Shown here in pieces: positions 63,595 to 64,000 of a stretch of DNA of 64,000 nucleotides; within the stretch, counting starts at the first letter, position 1, and every line of letters begins with the position of its first letter. The notes under the pieces are model-generated. The model did not search any database and was not told the DNA's origin. It saw nothing but the letters and a program-made list of their open reading frames with translations. The stretch is from Thermoplasmatota archaeon (GTDB lineage Archaea; Thermoplasmatota; SW-10-69-26; JACQPN01; JAIVGT01), in NCBI GenBank assembly GCA_035541015.1, contig DATLFM010000097.1, positions 719 through 64,718 of the forward strand, given 5' to 3'. The position numbers and the translations under genes were made by a program.

Positions 63595-63902
63595 CGGGCC
63601 CGCTCGACCACGCCGTCCTTGCCCACGTGCTCCTTCTTCCAGATGGGAACGCTCGCCTTGAGCTCCTCGACCATCCATCGGCAGGCGGAAAACGCCGCGT
63701 CGCGGTGGGAGGCGCTTGCGGCCACCCACAGGACGGGCTCGCCCACCGCAAAGCGCCCCGCGCGGTGGACCACGCGCGCCTTGCACAGGCCAAAGCGCTC
63801 CACGGCCCGCTCGGCAAGCGCCTGGAGCTTGGCCTCGGCCATTCCCTCGTAGAACTCGTACTCGAGGGCCACGACGGGCGACCCCCCGCTCTCCGACCGC
63901 AC
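63576..63902 (-). CDS. moaE: Molybdopterin synthase catalytic subunit MoaE
   Basis: 108 aa with VVHRAGRF.VGEPVLWVAASASHRDAAF.ACRWMVEELKASVPIWKKE. It overlaps the moaC start region. Confidence 0.7.
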   Translation of the reverse strand: MRSESGGSPVVALEYEFYEGMAEAKLQALAERAVERFGLCKARVVHRAGRFAVGEPVLWVAASASHRDAAFSACRWMVEELKASVPIWKKEHVGKDGVVERARWVGAP

Positions 63903-64000
63903 GGTCCCGACGAACGAGGCGACGGCGCCGGCGGAGGGATCGGAGACTTCCCGCAGAAGCTCGTCCAGGCTTGCCGCGTGGGGCTGGATGCGAGCGCCGG

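Overview
This 64-kb window is a gene-dense chromosomal segment of about 70% GC from an archaeon. The archaeal, euryarchaeal-type assignment rests on an A1AO (A-type) ATP synthase operon (atpH-I-K-E-C-F-A), archaeal membrane-type Lon (LonB), glycerol-1-phosphate dehydrogenase (egsA), archaeal SRP54, and the conserved eIF6-L31e-L39e-(PDCD5-like)-S19e ribosomal cluster. Proteins are not acid-biased, so this is not a halophile. The closest guess is an uncultured high-GC Thermoplasmatota-like or other euryarchaeal lineage, but that cannot be proven from sequence alone.

Housekeeping genes include prs, folD, purA, Ham1/ITPase, AlaX, TrmY, moaC/moaB/moaE, aguA/aguB (polyamine synthesis), an acyl-CoA dehydrogenase, NUDIX, a PaaI thioesterase and one tRNA-Ser(GCU).

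Accessory content is dominated by secreted hydrolases. There are three S8 subtilisins, a HExxH zinc metalloprotease with CARDB domains, and several signal-peptide proteins with archaeal C-terminal anchors.

The most interesting locus is a glycan-modification module at about 23.5-29.4 kb. It combines a GT2 dolichol-phosphate-sugar-synthase-like enzyme, GDP-mannose 4,6-dehydratase, a DegT-family enzyme whose active-site Lys is replaced by His (the ColD/E1 3-dehydratase signature, implying a 3,6-dideoxyhexose), a GtrA-like flippase and a large GT-C-like membrane protein.

Other notable signals are listed below.
- Two intergenic arrays of three GTATAC hexamers phased at exactly 10 bp, one of which is a perfect 20-bp AT-rich palindrome; this is unusual in a 70% GC genome.
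- The A-ATPase operon ends after atpA, with atpB and atpD absent.
- A tandem 21-bp direct repeat plus two perfect GC hairpins sit between an SGNH hydrolase gene and the tRNA.
- A PC4-like ssDNA-binding small protein lies next to the ribosomal cluster.
- A DUF1611 plus dipeptide-epimerase pair starts head-to-head with an S8 lipoprotein protease, and the two start codons overlap.

Many long opposite-strand ORFs in the six-frame track are high-GC artifacts and were rejected. Coordinates of non-ORF features (TATA boxes, repeats, tRNA) were read by eye and may be off by 1-2 nt.
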